A stretch of DNA of 64,000 nucleotides from a virus (lineage: Duplodnaviria; Caudoviricetes): positions 1-64,000 of IMG/VR virus record IMGVR_UViG_3300002026_000006, one strand, 5' to 3'. Position numbers and translations under genes: made by a program. The notes below the pieces were generated by a model. The model made no database searches, was not told the DNA's origin, and saw only the letters and a list, made by a program, of their open reading frames with translations. Of this stretch, positions 46,378 through 56,539 are shown piece by piece (position 1 is the stretch's first letter; each line of letters opens with the position of its first letter).

Positions 46378-47196
46378 ATGTACATTCCTTATACATACTT
46401 AATTGGATGGTCTAAAGAAAATAAATTTTATTATGGGGTCCAATATGGCAGAAAAGCAAATCCAAAAAATTTATGGAAAACTTATTTTACGAGTTCTAAA
46501 GAAGTAAAAAGTTTTATAAACCATCATGGCAATCCAGATATTATAGAAATAAGAAGAACTTTTCAAACTGGAAAATCTGCTCTTTTGTGGGAACAAAAAG
46601 TCCTAAAAAGACTCGATGCAGGAAATAATGATAAATTCTTAAATCTTATAAGTGCTAATGACATGCATTTAATAAGGTTAGTAACAAATAGACAAAAGAA
46701 CATCACTAATGGTTATATAAATGGAAAAATTCCAGTATCTCAGGATATTCCTAATGGGTACTGGAGGGGAACTACAAAATTTCCTACGGGAAGTAAAGGG
46801 ATACCTAGATCAAAAGAATCTAATTTAAATAAATCTAAGGCAATGCAAGGTCTTGAGAAATCAAAATCTCACAGGCTAGCTTTATCCGTTGCTGCAAAGA
46901 AACAACACGAGGAAATGTCTGAAGAAGAAAAATTGAGAATAAAAAATCTATTTTCTAAGAAATATTCTGGAGAAAATAATCCTAGATTTGGGTGTGTAGT
47001 ATCAGACAAACAAAAAGAATTGAACATAAAAGCTCATCACGAAAGATTCGTAGTCAAAATTAAGCTTATGTTGAATATGAGTTTGGACGAATTTAAAGAA
47101 TATGTTAAGTTAGAATGTGAAAACGGCAGTAATTTTGCTAAAATATCAAAAGATATTGGGATATCTTGGTATCATATAAACAGATATTGTAATTAA
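46378..47196 (+). CDS. Seg-like GIY-YIG homing endonuclease with NUMOD3 motifs
   Basis: PYTYLIGW...YYGVQY...YFTSS...EIRRTF...WEQKVLKR. Confidence 0.8.
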   Translation: MYIPYTYLIGWSKENKFYYGVQYGRKANPKNLWKTYFTSSKEVKSFINHHGNPDIIEIRRTFQTGKSALLWEQKVLKRLDAGNNDKFLNLISANDMHLIRLVTNRQKNITNGYINGKIPVSQDIPNGYWRGTTKFPTGSKGIPRSKESNLNKSKAMQGLEKSKSHRLALSVAAKKQHEEMSEEEKLRIKNLFSKKYSGENNPRFGCVVSDKQKELNIKAHHERFVVKIKLMLNMSLDEFKEYVKLECENGSNFAKISKDIGISWYHINRYCN

Positions 47197-47197
47197 T

Positions 47198-47788
47198 TTA
47201 TCTAGACGCTTTTTTTGAGTCTGCCCAAACAAACTCGGCAGACTGCTTGCGGAACTTTTCTACTGGAAGCCATACGCTCATCATCATATCATCCGGTGGT
47301 ATTCTTGCCATTCTGCTTTTTACGTGGGAAAACAAATATTGTTTGACTGCTGGTTTAACTTCTGGAAATTTACTAGCATTATTTAACATTTTCCATGATA
47401 CCTGAATTTTAGCATTCGGCGATAATTTATCATCAGAAGAAAATTCCAATAACTTATTGACCAAAGCAAATCTAACTTTAGGAAACAGATAATGAAAATT
47501 AATTCCGTAGAACGTATCAGGATACACTGAAAATGGCAAAACTAAAGGAAAAGTATCATAGTACGGAAGTTCATTTTTAGTTTTCGGATCATATGTAAAG
47601 AAAAACATTTGACCTATTTTTGGAGTATCTGTTTGCCTATGAATGTTATCTCCAAGAACACTCAGTGGTCCCATTGCTCTAGTATTATTACGGACATTAT
47701 TCATAAACCACGTAGCCGAATTTCTCGGATTGTAGAGTTTATTATTCCTTATAACGTCAAAAAGAGTAGTTTTTACTTGGGTTGCCAC
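47198..47788 (-). CDS. 2: DNA end protector gp2
   Basis: GQMFFFTYDPKTKNELPYYDTFPL...GINFHYL...VKQYL. Confidence 0.92.
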   Translation of the reverse strand: MATQVKTTLFDVIRNNKLYNPRNSATWFMNNVRNNTRAMGPLSVLGDNIHRQTDTPKIGQMFFFTYDPKTKNELPYYDTFPLVLPFSVYPDTFYGINFHYLFPKVRFALVNKLLEFSSDDKLSPNAKIQVSWKMLNNASKFPEVKPAVKQYLFSHVKSRMARIPPDDMMMSVWLPVEKFRKQSAEFVWADSKKASR

Positions 47789-47831
47789 GATTTTCCTAAT
47801 TAGTTATAAGTATTTATCCTGATACTTTCAT

Positions 47832-48275
47832 TCACATTTTTAAATCATGCTCGGTAAGTATTTTAAATTCAATGCCATGTTTATCCGCATATTTCTTAGC
47901 AGCAACCCATTTAGCCTCATTGATCGTCCAAGTAATAACTGAATCAATATATGCTTTAGTTTTTCTTGTTTTTATTTTTGGTGGTTTTGTTTGTGAGAAT
48001 GGTTTTATTTCTATTAAATAGGTTTTTAGTTTTCCATCTACATCCCGAACTGTTACTTTAGCGTCTACGAAATATCTATGCACTTTTCCATCTGTAGGTT
48101 TCACGTAAGGTATAATGACCTCTTCTGAAGAATATTTTAAAACATTTGGATTTCTATCACACCAAATAAAAAATTTAAATTCCCAACTGCTTCTACAAAA
48201 AATATTGTTTACATCACCTTCATATTTTTGTGGATTTTTTGGTATGAATTTGCCTTGAACGTAATGCTTTGTCAT
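47832..48275 (-). CDS. 4: head completion nuclease gp4
   Basis: PKNPQKYEGD...RSSWE...SSEEVIIPY...HRYFVD...EIKP...NEAKW. Confidence 0.92.
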   Translation of the reverse strand: MTKHYVQGKFIPKNPQKYEGDVNNIFCRSSWEFKFFIWCDRNPNVLKYSSEEVIIPYVKPTDGKVHRYFVDAKVTVRDVDGKLKTYLIEIKPFSQTKPPKIKTRKTKAYIDSVITWTINEAKWVAAKKYADKHGIEFKILTEHDLKM

Positions 48276-48347
48276 AATTAAATATTAAACAACTATTTAT
48301 CTTTGATGGATAAATAATAAGACATAACCATACCCTAAAAAATAAAA

Positions 48348-49682
48348 ATGAGTTTATTTTCAATTCTCCCAGATGCATCAAGCTTAAAGCAGACAGTATC
48401 TAATGCAATTACTAAAGTTAAAGACACTTGGACTTCTACAGGAACAACAAAAGCAGAAGCCAAGCCAGATTTAACTGAGATGCTAGGTACTAATACCGCA
48501 ACATCAAAACCATATAATACGGGTAGTGATCTTAGCGGCACTTCTGTAAAAAAAGATTCATTATCTTCCACAACGACAACCGCAACATCAACCGCTTCAA
48601 ATGTAGCAACCGATATCGATAGTATTTCTAGCTCAGATAAAGCTGAAAATAAAAGTGAATATGATATTCTGTATTATCCAGAAGCATTATTAGCTGAAGG
48701 TTCATTAGGTAAACGATATCCTCATGCAATGAGTATTTTTATGAATGTCAATTCTAAGTCGAAGCTTGGAAAATATATGGAGTCATCAGGCCAAATTGCT
48801 AAGAAAAGATTGGATCAAAAAACATTGGATTTGACTGAGAATACTTCAAATCAAGGCGTTGCGACAAATGTTGGGGGCATGGCAGGCGATTTCCTAGTAG
48901 AAATAGGAATGGCAGCAAAGTTTAAAAGATTCACTGGCTGTATCATGTTGCCTTTGCCATTGGATTTGACTGCTAATTATGGAGCTAATTATAACACTGC
49001 TGGTGCTGGTGGTGTTCTTGGTACTGCTTTAAAAATTGGTATGAGTGGATCAAATGCAAAGCAGACATTAGAAGGGTTAGTGACTGAGGCAATATCTGGT
49101 GCTGCTAGAGATTTGACCAAAAACACGTTAACTGCTGTGGCTAAAAATATTGAAACCGGCACTTTTGGTGGAGTTGATAATGCCGGTGGATTATTCGATA
49201 AAGTTGTTGGTACAATCCGAAACCCAAGAACTGAACAAGTTTTCGAGAAAATGGATATTAGATCATTTACTTTTTCTTGGCAAATTAATATTACATCGGT
49301 GAAAGAATGGAATACTATAAGAAGTATTGTTTCGTTACTAAAAGAAAATATGCATCCAGAAATAGATGGCACGACCTCTGGAACCTATATGGTTATGCCA
49401 AATGAATTTGATATTGAATTTTATGAAAAGGTAGGTAGCTCTTTTAGTGAATCGACAACGATACCAAAAATAGCTACCTCTGCATTATCTCAATTGGAGG
49501 TAAATTATACACCACAAGGCAATTGGATTGCATTTGAGGGTACTATGATTCCACCTTTTGTTTTGATAAGAACGGTATTCAAAGAAATGGAACCACTACA
49601 TAGAACGATGGTATCTGATGTTGCCGCTACCAATAAAAAATTCACATTCCCTGATGTTAATGATCGTAGAAGAGGATTCTAA
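48348..49682 (+). CDS. 48: baseplate tail-tube cap gp48
   Basis: LPLP..LTANYGANY; NPRTEQVF...RSFTF; P.EFDIEF; V.YTP. Confidence 0.85.
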   Translation: MSLFSILPDASSLKQTVSNAITKVKDTWTSTGTTKAEAKPDLTEMLGTNTATSKPYNTGSDLSGTSVKKDSLSSTTTTATSTASNVATDIDSISSSDKAENKSEYDILYYPEALLAEGSLGKRYPHAMSIFMNVNSKSKLGKYMESSGQIAKKRLDQKTLDLTENTSNQGVATNVGGMAGDFLVEIGMAAKFKRFTGCIMLPLPLDLTANYGANYNTAGAGGVLGTALKIGMSGSNAKQTLEGLVTEAISGAARDLTKNTLTAVAKNIETGTFGGVDNAGGLFDKVVGTIRNPRTEQVFEKMDIRSFTFSWQINITSVKEWNTIRSIVSLLKENMHPEIDGTTSGTYMVMPNEFDIEFYEKVGSSFSESTTIPKIATSALSQLEVNYTPQGNWIAFEGTMIPPFVLIRTVFKEMEPLHRTMVSDVAATNKKFTFPDVNDRRRGF

Positions 49683-50560
49683 TGGATTATTTTAAAAAAT
49701 TCCAAATTGTAAAGTATGATTTTACCACGACAGAAGCGTTTAAACAATATTTCACATTAGCTGATGTGACCACTAGGGTTCAGGCATTTTATAATGAGGA
49801 AGATACTGAGAGACTTTTCGATAATTACAATATTAAGTCTTGGGATACTCCTGAGAAAATATCATATTCATTATATGGCACGACAGAATATTATTGGACT
49901 ATATTATATGTTAATGATATGTTTGATATGTATTATGATTGGCCGTTATTGGATGATGAGCTTCAAAAATATGCAGAATCAATATATACTGGTTTTGGTC
50001 CAAGTCCATTAATAACATATGCTGCTGAAGTAATGCCTTATGTACCAAATCAATTTATTATTAAAGTAGTTCAACATAATACTATTCCAATTAGCGAATC
50101 AATAATTTTACATCCAGATAAACTACAGGTTGGTATGTTTGTGGATAGATATATTGCTGGCGAAGATTGTAGAATTACGAATATTGATATTGTATATCGT
50201 TCAGATGTAGGTGGTGGCAATTCTGTTGTAGATTATTATGAATTAACTATAGATAAACCAACGCTGACATATGCTAAAGAAGTTAGTGTATCTTCGATAA
50301 CAAGTAATATTGAAGGTAACGACAATATTATTTTCTTTGGGTTTGCTGAAGCCATTGAAGATTATAATTCAATATCATATTATATGACTGCTGATGGAGT
50401 AATTAAAGATATCGAATATGTAGAATATGGCGAAACAATATATGGTATAACTAAAATCGAAGACTTGATTATTCAAAATGAAAAAAAGAAGAGAATAAAG
50501 ATTATTAGGCCAGATCAAATATCTAATTTTGTTAGTTTATATTTTAATCGTGTTATTTAA
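49682..50560 (+). CDS. 53: baseplate wedge gp53 (with internal insertion)
   Basis: YF.KF...TPEKISYSLYG..YYWTILYVN...YDWPL; NE.KK.IKII. Confidence 0.85.
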   Translation: MDYFKKFQIVKYDFTTTEAFKQYFTLADVTTRVQAFYNEEDTERLFDNYNIKSWDTPEKISYSLYGTTEYYWTILYVNDMFDMYYDWPLLDDELQKYAESIYTGFGPSPLITYAAEVMPYVPNQFIIKVVQHNTIPISESIILHPDKLQVGMFVDRYIAGEDCRITNIDIVYRSDVGGGNSVVDYYELTIDKPTLTYAKEVSVSSITSNIEGNDNIIFFGFAEAIEDYNSISYYMTADGVIKDIEYVEYGETIYGITKIEDLIIQNEKKKRIKIIRPDQISNFVSLYFNRVI

Positions 50561-50562
50561 TT

Positions 50563-51900
50563 ATGCCTGCTGATCGTAATACATTTAAGTCCCCTGGTGA
50601 TATTAATATTACTAGGATATCTTTGCACAAGAAACCCGGTGACGATGGAATAAATTTAACTCAATATTTGTTTGAGTTAAATTTATTTGAAGATTTGTTT
50701 TCTCCAACAATGTCAGGGACAATGCTAATTACCGATTCTATCGGGTTATCTAGTAGATTGCCATTGGTCGGCGGTGAATCGGTTCAGATAGCATACAATA
50801 CTCCAGAAATTGGTGAATATGGAAAGATAACAAAAAGATTCATAGTCTACAAATTGGAATCTAAAGTAGCAATAAATTCTAAAACAATTTATGTTTTACA
50901 TATTATAAGCGAGTTTGCATATATGGATAGTATGAAAAAACTATCCAGAAAATATACTGGGCCTGCGGTAAAAATAATTAAAGAAATTTTAGAAAAAGAA
51001 TTAAAGTTTGATATTAATAGGGATGGCTTTTCTTATAATGCTCTAGAGGAAAATCGAAATTTTATAGAGTTTGTGGCACCTAATTGGTCCCCTCTGACGG
51101 TCATCAACAGGGTAACTGCTATGTGTTCTGACCAAGATTCCTTATCAACCGATGGTGAATTAGCAAGTTATTTATTTTTTGAGTCTGCATGGTGTCTTAA
51201 TTTTTTCTCTCTAACTGATTTAATTGGTGTTGATGATACGGATGAATCTGGTAATAATATCGATACTACAAATAAAGTAGCAAAAGAGAATACTTTCTTT
51301 TATGATCAAAATCCAAATAGAGTCGATGGTATGCGAGATTATTATTCGGAAATGCAACAAATAAAAGATATGAGAGTTGATGCCCAATTCGATATGTTAG
51401 ATAGGCTGACAACTGGATTTTATAAAAATCAGGTCATTGAATTTGATATCATTAAAAAGCACGTGAATATTCTTAAACCATATGAATATCTACAGACTTT
51501 TAAAGGCGGAAAATATTCAATGAATGATTTCACAGTAAATCCTGAGAATATGGAAGTTGGTGATGGGAAATATAATTCACATACTACTTTTAATAGAGCT
51601 TTGGCTAAAAAAGATATCTCAATAAATCCAGTAAAAAATAGAGTTTGCTTGGGACTTTTAAATACGGTTAGTATGGAGATTGTTGTTCATGGCAGAAGTG
51701 ATTTGTCGGTTGGCACTAAGATAAGCATAAATATGCCAAGTTCAGTTTCACCTGATTCATCTTCTAGCTCTGTGGCAGTAGACAAACTAATAAGTGGGAC
51801 ATATCTAATTACTGCGGTGCAGCATAGAATTAATGAATTTAAACATAGTATGATATTGAGAATTTCAACAGATAGTTATGGCATGGATACTTCAAAATGA
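50563..51900 (+). CDS. baseplate hub protein, gp27-like
   Basis: LFEDLFSPTMSG.MLI.DS; PNWSP; G..DL.VG; SG.YLITAVQH; located between 53 and 5. Confidence 0.7.
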   Translation: MPADRNTFKSPGDINITRISLHKKPGDDGINLTQYLFELNLFEDLFSPTMSGTMLITDSIGLSSRLPLVGGESVQIAYNTPEIGEYGKITKRFIVYKLESKVAINSKTIYVLHIISEFAYMDSMKKLSRKYTGPAVKIIKEILEKELKFDINRDGFSYNALEENRNFIEFVAPNWSPLTVINRVTAMCSDQDSLSTDGELASYLFFESAWCLNFFSLTDLIGVDDTDESGNNIDTTNKVAKENTFFYDQNPNRVDGMRDYYSEMQQIKDMRVDAQFDMLDRLTTGFYKNQVIEFDIIKKHVNILKPYEYLQTFKGGKYSMNDFTVNPENMEVGDGKYNSHTTFNRALAKKDISINPVKNRVCLGLLNTVSMEIVVHGRSDLSVGTKISINMPSSVSPDSSSSSVAVDKLISGTYLITAVQHRINEFKHSMILRISTDSYGMDTSK

Positions 51901-54326
51901 ACAATAATTTTTGGTTTGGGTGCGTAGAATCTCGCAATGATGATTTAAAATTGGGTAGATATAGGGTTAGAGTATCTGGATTACACACCGATGATAAATC
52001 TATTTTGCCAACTGATGATTTACCTTGGGCCACATGCTTGCAGCCAACAACATCAGCAGCCACTTCTGGAATTGGGCAAAATCCTGGTTTGGTCAATGGG
52101 TCATGGGTCATGGTCGTCTTTACTAGCAATGATTATCAGGTTCCTATTATCTTAGGGTCTATAGCTGGTATACCCGGTAAACCTAATGAAGAGTATGATT
52201 TAGATGAAATACAAGCACCGCCAGCAGCCGAGGCAACACCATCAGAAAAGGTAGCAGGAATTGAAGCTGGAGTATATAAACCAGAGATATTATCTGCTGG
52301 ACAGCCATATCTAGGAACATTAACTTTAGCTCAGTATAATCAATATTGTGCTAAAGTAAGAATGATAGAATCATCAAATCAGTATGATAATACTAAAAAT
52401 CCTTTAGGATATATTGGCGCATATCAATTTGGAGCACAGGCGTTAGAAACTAATGGGTATATTAAAGCTGGATCATGGGCAAGACTAGGAAGTAATAAAA
52501 AAATATTTGACGACACTAGCAACTGGACAGGAAAAGACGGAGCAACAAGCAAACAGGCATTTTTAGCCAGTGTGTCAGCCCAAGATAAGGCTATGCTTTT
52601 ATATACACAATGGGATTATAAAATGATGCTCAGAAGGAACCAAATTGGTCCTAATACTGACCCTAGAGTATTGGCTGGTTTGCTTGGGGCCACACACAAT
52701 CAGGGACACTCAGTTGTTGCGCCATTGCTTAGGGGTGTGACCACCAAAGATGGTAATGGGACAACTGCACAAAGTTATTATGATAGGTGCTATGCAGCCA
52801 TCACAGTAGAACAAGGACAACAAACAAATACCACGCCTTCACCGATACCAGAAAACCCTAAACCTATTCCAAATGAGGATGTTTTATCTCCACCTAAAAC
52901 CCCAAAAGTTATCAGCAAAAAAGACGGATTCGCCGACCCAGAGGGAAAATACCCAACGGTTTATGATGAACCTGATACCAATAGGTTAGTTAGAGGTCAA
53001 AATATATCAAAAACGATTGTCGGAATCAAAGAAAAATCTAGAACAAAAGGTATTCGTGTTGGGTTGAGTGAATTGAGTTGGGATCAACCATCGATTCAAT
53101 ATGCTGCGAAATATCCGTATAATCATGCTAATGTATCTGAATCTGGTCATGTATTTGAAATGGATGATACAGTTAATGCAGAAAGAGTCCATTTATACCA
53201 TAGAGCAGGATCGTTCATTGAAATTGATCAGGCTGGAAACCAAGTTAATAAAATATTTGGTCATGGTATTGAGATTATTGAAAGAGATGGTTATATTAGC
53301 ATCAAAGGCAATTGTCATATTAATGTTGATGGTGCATGTACAATTAATGCCACTTCACTTTTCATAGAAGCTGCAAAAATTAATATAGAGAGCGAAGATG
53401 TAAAATGGAAAACTAAAAACTTTGAAATGAAAGTAGAAGAAAAATTTGTTATCGAAAGCGATAAAGATATTACATTGAGCGCAAAAGAAGAATTCTATGC
53501 CAATTCTACTGGTGGTATGCACATCAATAGTTCATCAAGTAAGGTTGACATTTCAGCAAGCCAAGATGTTATTGTTAATGGTAGTAAGATTCAATTAAAT
53601 AGCGTTGCTAGTAGCTTAGGCACGCCAGGAAAATACGCCGATATTAAGAAATTCTCTGGAGAAATTATGAATATATCATCTGTATCTTTTTCGGATGCTG
53701 AAGCGGCATCTTTAGATCAACACCCTATCGTTAGCGTTATTGCTGCTGATGAAATTGCTGCTGGTCCACCTGATATTCCGCATAGACCTATTGTGCCTGA
53801 TGTTGTCCCACCCCCACCACCTCCTATTAATACCAGTGAATGCCCTATATTTGATCTGACATTAGGAAATAATATACAAGTTTCTCCGAATTTTAAACTG
53901 AGAGATTTATGTGATTCCCCTATTAAAGCTGTGCATGGATTGTCATTGCAGCAGCTTATATGCAATCTGAGCCATTTGGCTAATAATGTTCTTGAGCCTC
54001 TGCGCGTAGTTTATGGAAAATCATTGAAGATTAATAGTTGCTGGAGATATAAAAATACGAGTTCTCAACATGAACGCGGAGAAGCTGTTGATATTGGGTT
54101 TACTGATGTTGTGTGGAAAACTGCAGCAGAAAGAAAAACACAATATTTTGAGAGAGCTAAGAAAATAGTTGGTATGGTTCCTTACGATCAATTTTTATTT
54201 GAAACAAGATCAGATCATCAAGTATGGATTCATATATCATATACTAAAAATAAAAATAGAAAACAAGTTTTGACATTGTTGAATGATAAAACCGTTGATC
54301 GTGATAAAATCGTGCTTCATACATAA
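51897..54326 (+). CDS. 5: baseplate hub / cell-puncturing gp5 with lysozyme-like and peptidase M15 domains
   Basis: OB fold GRYRVRVSGLH..LPWA; YPYNHANVSESGH..EMDDT; ESSNQY..GAYQF; SQHERGEAVD..WIHISY. Confidence 0.9.
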   Translation: MNNNFWFGCVESRNDDLKLGRYRVRVSGLHTDDKSILPTDDLPWATCLQPTTSAATSGIGQNPGLVNGSWVMVVFTSNDYQVPIILGSIAGIPGKPNEEYDLDEIQAPPAAEATPSEKVAGIEAGVYKPEILSAGQPYLGTLTLAQYNQYCAKVRMIESSNQYDNTKNPLGYIGAYQFGAQALETNGYIKAGSWARLGSNKKIFDDTSNWTGKDGATSKQAFLASVSAQDKAMLLYTQWDYKMMLRRNQIGPNTDPRVLAGLLGATHNQGHSVVAPLLRGVTTKDGNGTTAQSYYDRCYAAITVEQGQQTNTTPSPIPENPKPIPNEDVLSPPKTPKVISKKDGFADPEGKYPTVYDEPDTNRLVRGQNISKTIVGIKEKSRTKGIRVGLSELSWDQPSIQYAAKYPYNHANVSESGHVFEMDDTVNAERVHLYHRAGSFIEIDQAGNQVNKIFGHGIEIIERDGYISIKGNCHINVDGACTINATSLFIEAAKINIESEDVKWKTKNFEMKVEEKFVIESDKDITLSAKEEFYANSTGGMHINSSSSKVDISASQDVIVNGSKIQLNSVASSLGTPGKYADIKKFSGEIMNISSVSFSDAEAASLDQHPIVSVIAADEIAAGPPDIPHRPIVPDVVPPPPPPINTSECPIFDLTLGNNIQVSPNFKLRDLCDSPIKAVHGLSLQQLICNLSHLANNVLEPLRVVYGKSLKINSCWRYKNTSSQHERGEAVDIGFTDVVWKTAAERKTQYFERAKKIVGMVPYDQFLFETRSDHQVWIHISYTKNKNRKQVLTLLNDKTVDRDKIVLHT

Positions 54327-54347
54327 TTGGTATAAATATTACTAAAA

Positions 54348-54749
54348 ATGCAAACATACTCAGACTTAGATTTAAATTTCTACAGACACCCTGGCAGCGG
54401 CGATGTTTCTCGTATTTTCAATCTTGATGCAATAAAAAACGCAATATTCAATATACTCAATGGCAAGCCATTTGAAAAGCCATTTGATGAATTTTATGGT
54501 ACTGCTGTTAGAGAATTGCTATTTTCTTTATATTCTCCAATGACTCCAATTATTGTTAAAAGAATATTAAAGGAAAAATTAGAGTTATACGAACCTAGAA
54601 TTACTATAGATAGTGTAGTTGTTAACCGTGGAACCGAAGCAGGTAACAATTTTAATATGGATAGAAATTCATTAACAGTGGATGTTGTTTACACAGTAAA
54701 AGAATATGGAACGCAAACCTTACAAATAGAAATGGAACGACTCAGATGA
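54348..54749 (+). CDS. 25: baseplate wedge gp25
   Basis: YSDLDLNF..HP..D...AIKN...GEKPF...YEPRI. Confidence 0.92.
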   Translation: MQTYSDLDLNFYRHPGSGDVSRIFNLDAIKNAIFNILNGKPFEKPFDEFYGTAVRELLFSLYSPMTPIIVKRILKEKLELYEPRITIDSVVVNRGTEAGNNFNMDRNSLTVDVVYTVKEYGTQTLQIEMERLR

Positions 54750-56539
54750 CCACTAAAATTAAAGTCACGGATTTTGATTTTGATACAATTAAACTTGACT
54801 TCAAAACATTTCTAAGCACACGTCCAGAATTTACTGATTATAATTTTGAAGGGTCAAATTTAAACGTCTTGCTTGATATTCTTGCATATAACACAAATTA
54901 TCATGCTCTTATGGCTAATTTCTTAGCTAATGAAATGTTTCTTGATACCGCATCTAAAAGATCGTCTGTAGTATCTCATTCTAAAACTCTTGGTTATGTG
55001 CCAAAATCTAGATCAGCAAGCAAGTTAATAACAAATATTGACATCAGCTATTTGTCTACTCAGGCACAGGTGTCAAATTATCTGTTGAAAAAAGGTTCAC
55101 CAGTATTTCGCACGATCATTGATAATTCAAGCTATATTTTTACTACTGCAAGTAATTATTCTGCTCCTATTATCCAAGATTCTTTAAATCCAAATAGTTA
55201 CACAATTCATTATGAGAATGTCATTTTATATGAGGGAGCTTTTACCACAAATAATTTGATATATAATTCTCTTACCAAGTTTGTTACTATACCTAATTTA
55301 GATATTGACCTATCCACATTGGTCGTCATGGTACATGACCCAAGAAGAGAATCATACGATAATTATTCATATGCAAAAAATCTTTTAGATATTGATGCTG
55401 ACAATAAGGTATATTTTATCCAAGAAGGATTTGATGGTAAATTTCAGATTTACTTTGGTGATAGTACATTTGGCACTGAGCCAATTGATAAATCAGATAT
55501 TCTTATCACTTACATGGTAACGCATGGGGCTGAAGCTAATGGTGCTACTAATTGGATTCTACAAAATCCTGATTCGTCTATAATGGTGTCTCAATTTGAT
55601 CATTTGCCAATAACTGGAGTTTCAGTCGGAGGAACCGACAGGGAAACTATTTCCTCTATTAAGTTTAATTCAATTAACCATTTTGGCACCCAAAATCGTG
55701 CTGTTGTATCAAATGATTATGCAGTATTAGCACAGCAATATTCAGATAATATTAAAGCAGTTATTGCGTGGGGCGGTGAAGATGATTTGCCTCCAGTATA
55801 TAATACGGTCATGTTATGTGCCATACCAGTATATGGGGAAGACTTAACTTTTCAAGAAAAAGAGTATCTAACGAAATACTTAAAAACTAAAGCGGTAGGC
55901 TCGACAAATATTGTCTTTAAATCTCCACAATATCTTGATCTTAAAATTTCTGTTGAATTTACTTATGATACTAAGCTTATTAGATTATCAGTATATGAAT
56001 TGGAAGCAAGCGTTAGAGAAACTATTGGATTATATGCAAAAGAGTATTTGTATAACTTTTCTGGTTCTTTTAAAGAATCTAAATTTCTTGCATTACTAGA
56101 TAAAGTAAATGAATCGATAACTGGCACTACAATAAATGTTAACTTGGTTAAGGTATTACCAATTCAGAAATTTATGCAACAGACTCATATTGTGGATTTT
56201 TCAAATCCTATTGATACTCAGTCTTTATATCCAGCTATTACATCAACTGGATTTTATACAACAGGGACAACTGAAGTATGTTATCTTGCTGATGATAGAA
56301 AAGGTAAATTGAAAATAGTGAAATATAATGTTAACGGTGTTTTGGAAGATTTTAAAACTGACGTAGGGGATATTAATTACCTAAACGGTAAAATGTCGGT
56401 TTCATTATATATTACATCGACAAAAGACGTAAGTTTTAAAATATTTGTCAATCCAAAGGTAAATAATATAGTATCTTCAAGAAATAATATTTTGCGTATC
56501 GTTAACGAAAATGTTGTGGTTGTTTCTAAAGGCGAATAA
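54746..56539 (+). CDS. 6: baseplate wedge gp6
   Basis: DFDTIK..F..YNFEGSNLNVLLDILAYNT; QNRAV...DY; WGGED. Confidence 0.93.
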   Translation: MTTKIKVTDFDFDTIKLDFKTFLSTRPEFTDYNFEGSNLNVLLDILAYNTNYHALMANFLANEMFLDTASKRSSVVSHSKTLGYVPKSRSASKLITNIDISYLSTQAQVSNYLLKKGSPVFRTIIDNSSYIFTTASNYSAPIIQDSLNPNSYTIHYENVILYEGAFTTNNLIYNSLTKFVTIPNLDIDLSTLVVMVHDPRRESYDNYSYAKNLLDIDADNKVYFIQEGFDGKFQIYFGDSTFGTEPIDKSDILITYMVTHGAEANGATNWILQNPDSSIMVSQFDHLPITGVSVGGTDRETISSIKFNSINHFGTQNRAVVSNDYAVLAQQYSDNIKAVIAWGGEDDLPPVYNTVMLCAIPVYGEDLTFQEKEYLTKYLKTKAVGSTNIVFKSPQYLDLKISVEFTYDTKLIRLSVYELEASVRETIGLYAKEYLYNFSGSFKESKFLALLDKVNESITGTTINVNLVKVLPIQKFMQQTHIVDFSNPIDTQSLYPAITSTGFYTTGTTEVCYLADDRKGKLKIVKYNVNGVLEDFKTDVGDINYLNGKMSVSLYITSTKDVSFKIFVNPKVNNIVSSRNNILRIVNENVVVVSKGE

